NCBI RefSeq assembly: GCF_009914755.1
Contig: NC_060926.1
Origin: the human T2T-CHM13v2.0 reference genome, Homo sapiens
DNA length: 64,000 bases
Direction: 5' to 3' (one strand)
Below, one piece after another: positions 63,181-64,000 of the stretch. Position 1 is the first letter of the stretch. Each line of letters begins with the position of its first letter. The position numbers and the translations under genes were made by a program. Below the pieces are notes generated by a model. That model had not been told where the DNA came from. It saw only the letters and a program-made list of their open reading frames with translations, and ran no database searches.

Positions 63181-63754
63181 TGCCAAGGCTTGAGTAGATA
63201 GACAAAGCAGCCAGGAAGCTCGAACTGGGTGGAGCCCACCACAGCTCAAGGAGGCCTGCCTGCCTCTGTAGACTCCACCTCTGGGGGCAGGGCATAGCAA
63301 AACAAAAGGCAGCAGAAATCTCTGCAGACTTAAATGTCCCTGTCTGACCACTTTGAAGAGAGTAGTGGTTCTCCCAGCACGCAGCTGGAGATCTGAGAAT
63401 GGACAGACTGCCTCTTCAGGTGGGTCCCTGACCCCGAGTAGCCTAACTGGGAGGCACCCCCCAGTAGGGGCAGACTGACACCTCACATGGCCTGGTACTC
63501 CTCTGAGACAAAACTTCCAGAGGAACCATCAGGCAGCAGCATTTGCTGTTCACCAATATTCACTGTTCTGCAGCCTCCTCTACTGATACCCAGGTAAACA
63601 GGGACTGAAGTGGACCTCCAGCAAACTCCAACAGACCTGCAGCTGAGGGTCCTGACTGTTAGAAGGAAAACTAACAAACAGAAAGGACATCCACACCAAA
63701 ACCCCATCTGTACATCACCATCATCAAAGACCAAAGGTAGATAAAACCACAAAG

Positions 63755-63973
63755 ATGCGGAAAAAACAGAGTAGAAAAACTAGAAAGTCTAAAAATCAGA
63801 GCGCCTTTCCTCCTCCAAAGCAACGCAGCTCCTCACCAGCAATGGAACAATGCTGCATGGAGAACGACCTTGACGAGTTGAGAGAAGAAGGCTTCAGACG
63901 ATCAAACTACACCAAGCTAAAGGAGGAAGTTTCAACCCATGGCAAAGAAGTTAAAAACCTTGAAAAAAAATAG
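63755..63973 (+). pseudogene. L1 ORF1p N-terminus, prematurely terminated
   Basis: MRKKQSRKT...SSSPAMEQ...ENDLDELREEGFRRSNY. A 1-nt indel at the A-run gives gaaaaaaaa-tag instead of ...LDEW. Confidence 0.9.
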
Positions 63974-64000
63974 ACGAATGGCTAACTAGAATAACCAATG

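Larger units (their letters stand above)
62735..64000 (+). mobile_element. 5' end of a 5'-intact L1PA (about PA4-PA6): whole 5'UTR and start of ORF1; continues beyond the window
   Basis: Starts gagccaagatggccaaataggaacagctcc (YY1 site); includes the roughly 128-bp segment 63502-63629 absent from L1PA2/L1HS; ORF1 ATG at 63755. Confidence 0.96.

Overview
This is AT-rich, repeat-dense primate (very probably human) genomic DNA lying entirely inside the EXOC6B (Sec15B, exocyst) gene, which is transcribed on the minus strand. Only one real coding exon is present (142 bp, 39012-38871, GKVAQTAC...DVRECE, canonical AG/GT ends). The rest is intron filled with nested L1, Alu, MIR/L2, MaLR/ERVL LTR and DNA-transposon fossils, and almost all ORFs in the supplied track are repeat by-products. 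The most notable hidden item, missed by the ORF track, is an old, frameshifted, intronless BOLA2 retrocopy (51199-51570, minus) with UTRs, a poly(A) remnant and a degenerate TSD. Also notable: an L1PA with a short 3' transduction, an LTR-less MST-internal fragment replacing part of an L1MA 3'UTR, a decayed ERVL gag-pro-pol provirus, a twin-primed L1, templated-insertion scars, Alu-tail pentanucleotide repeats, and a 5'-intact L1PA whose antisense promoter/ORF0 points in the EXOC6B sense direction. I see no evidence of a new multi-gene system. All family and subfamily calls were made by eye from remembered consensus sequences, and repeat boundaries are approximate unless a TSD is quoted.
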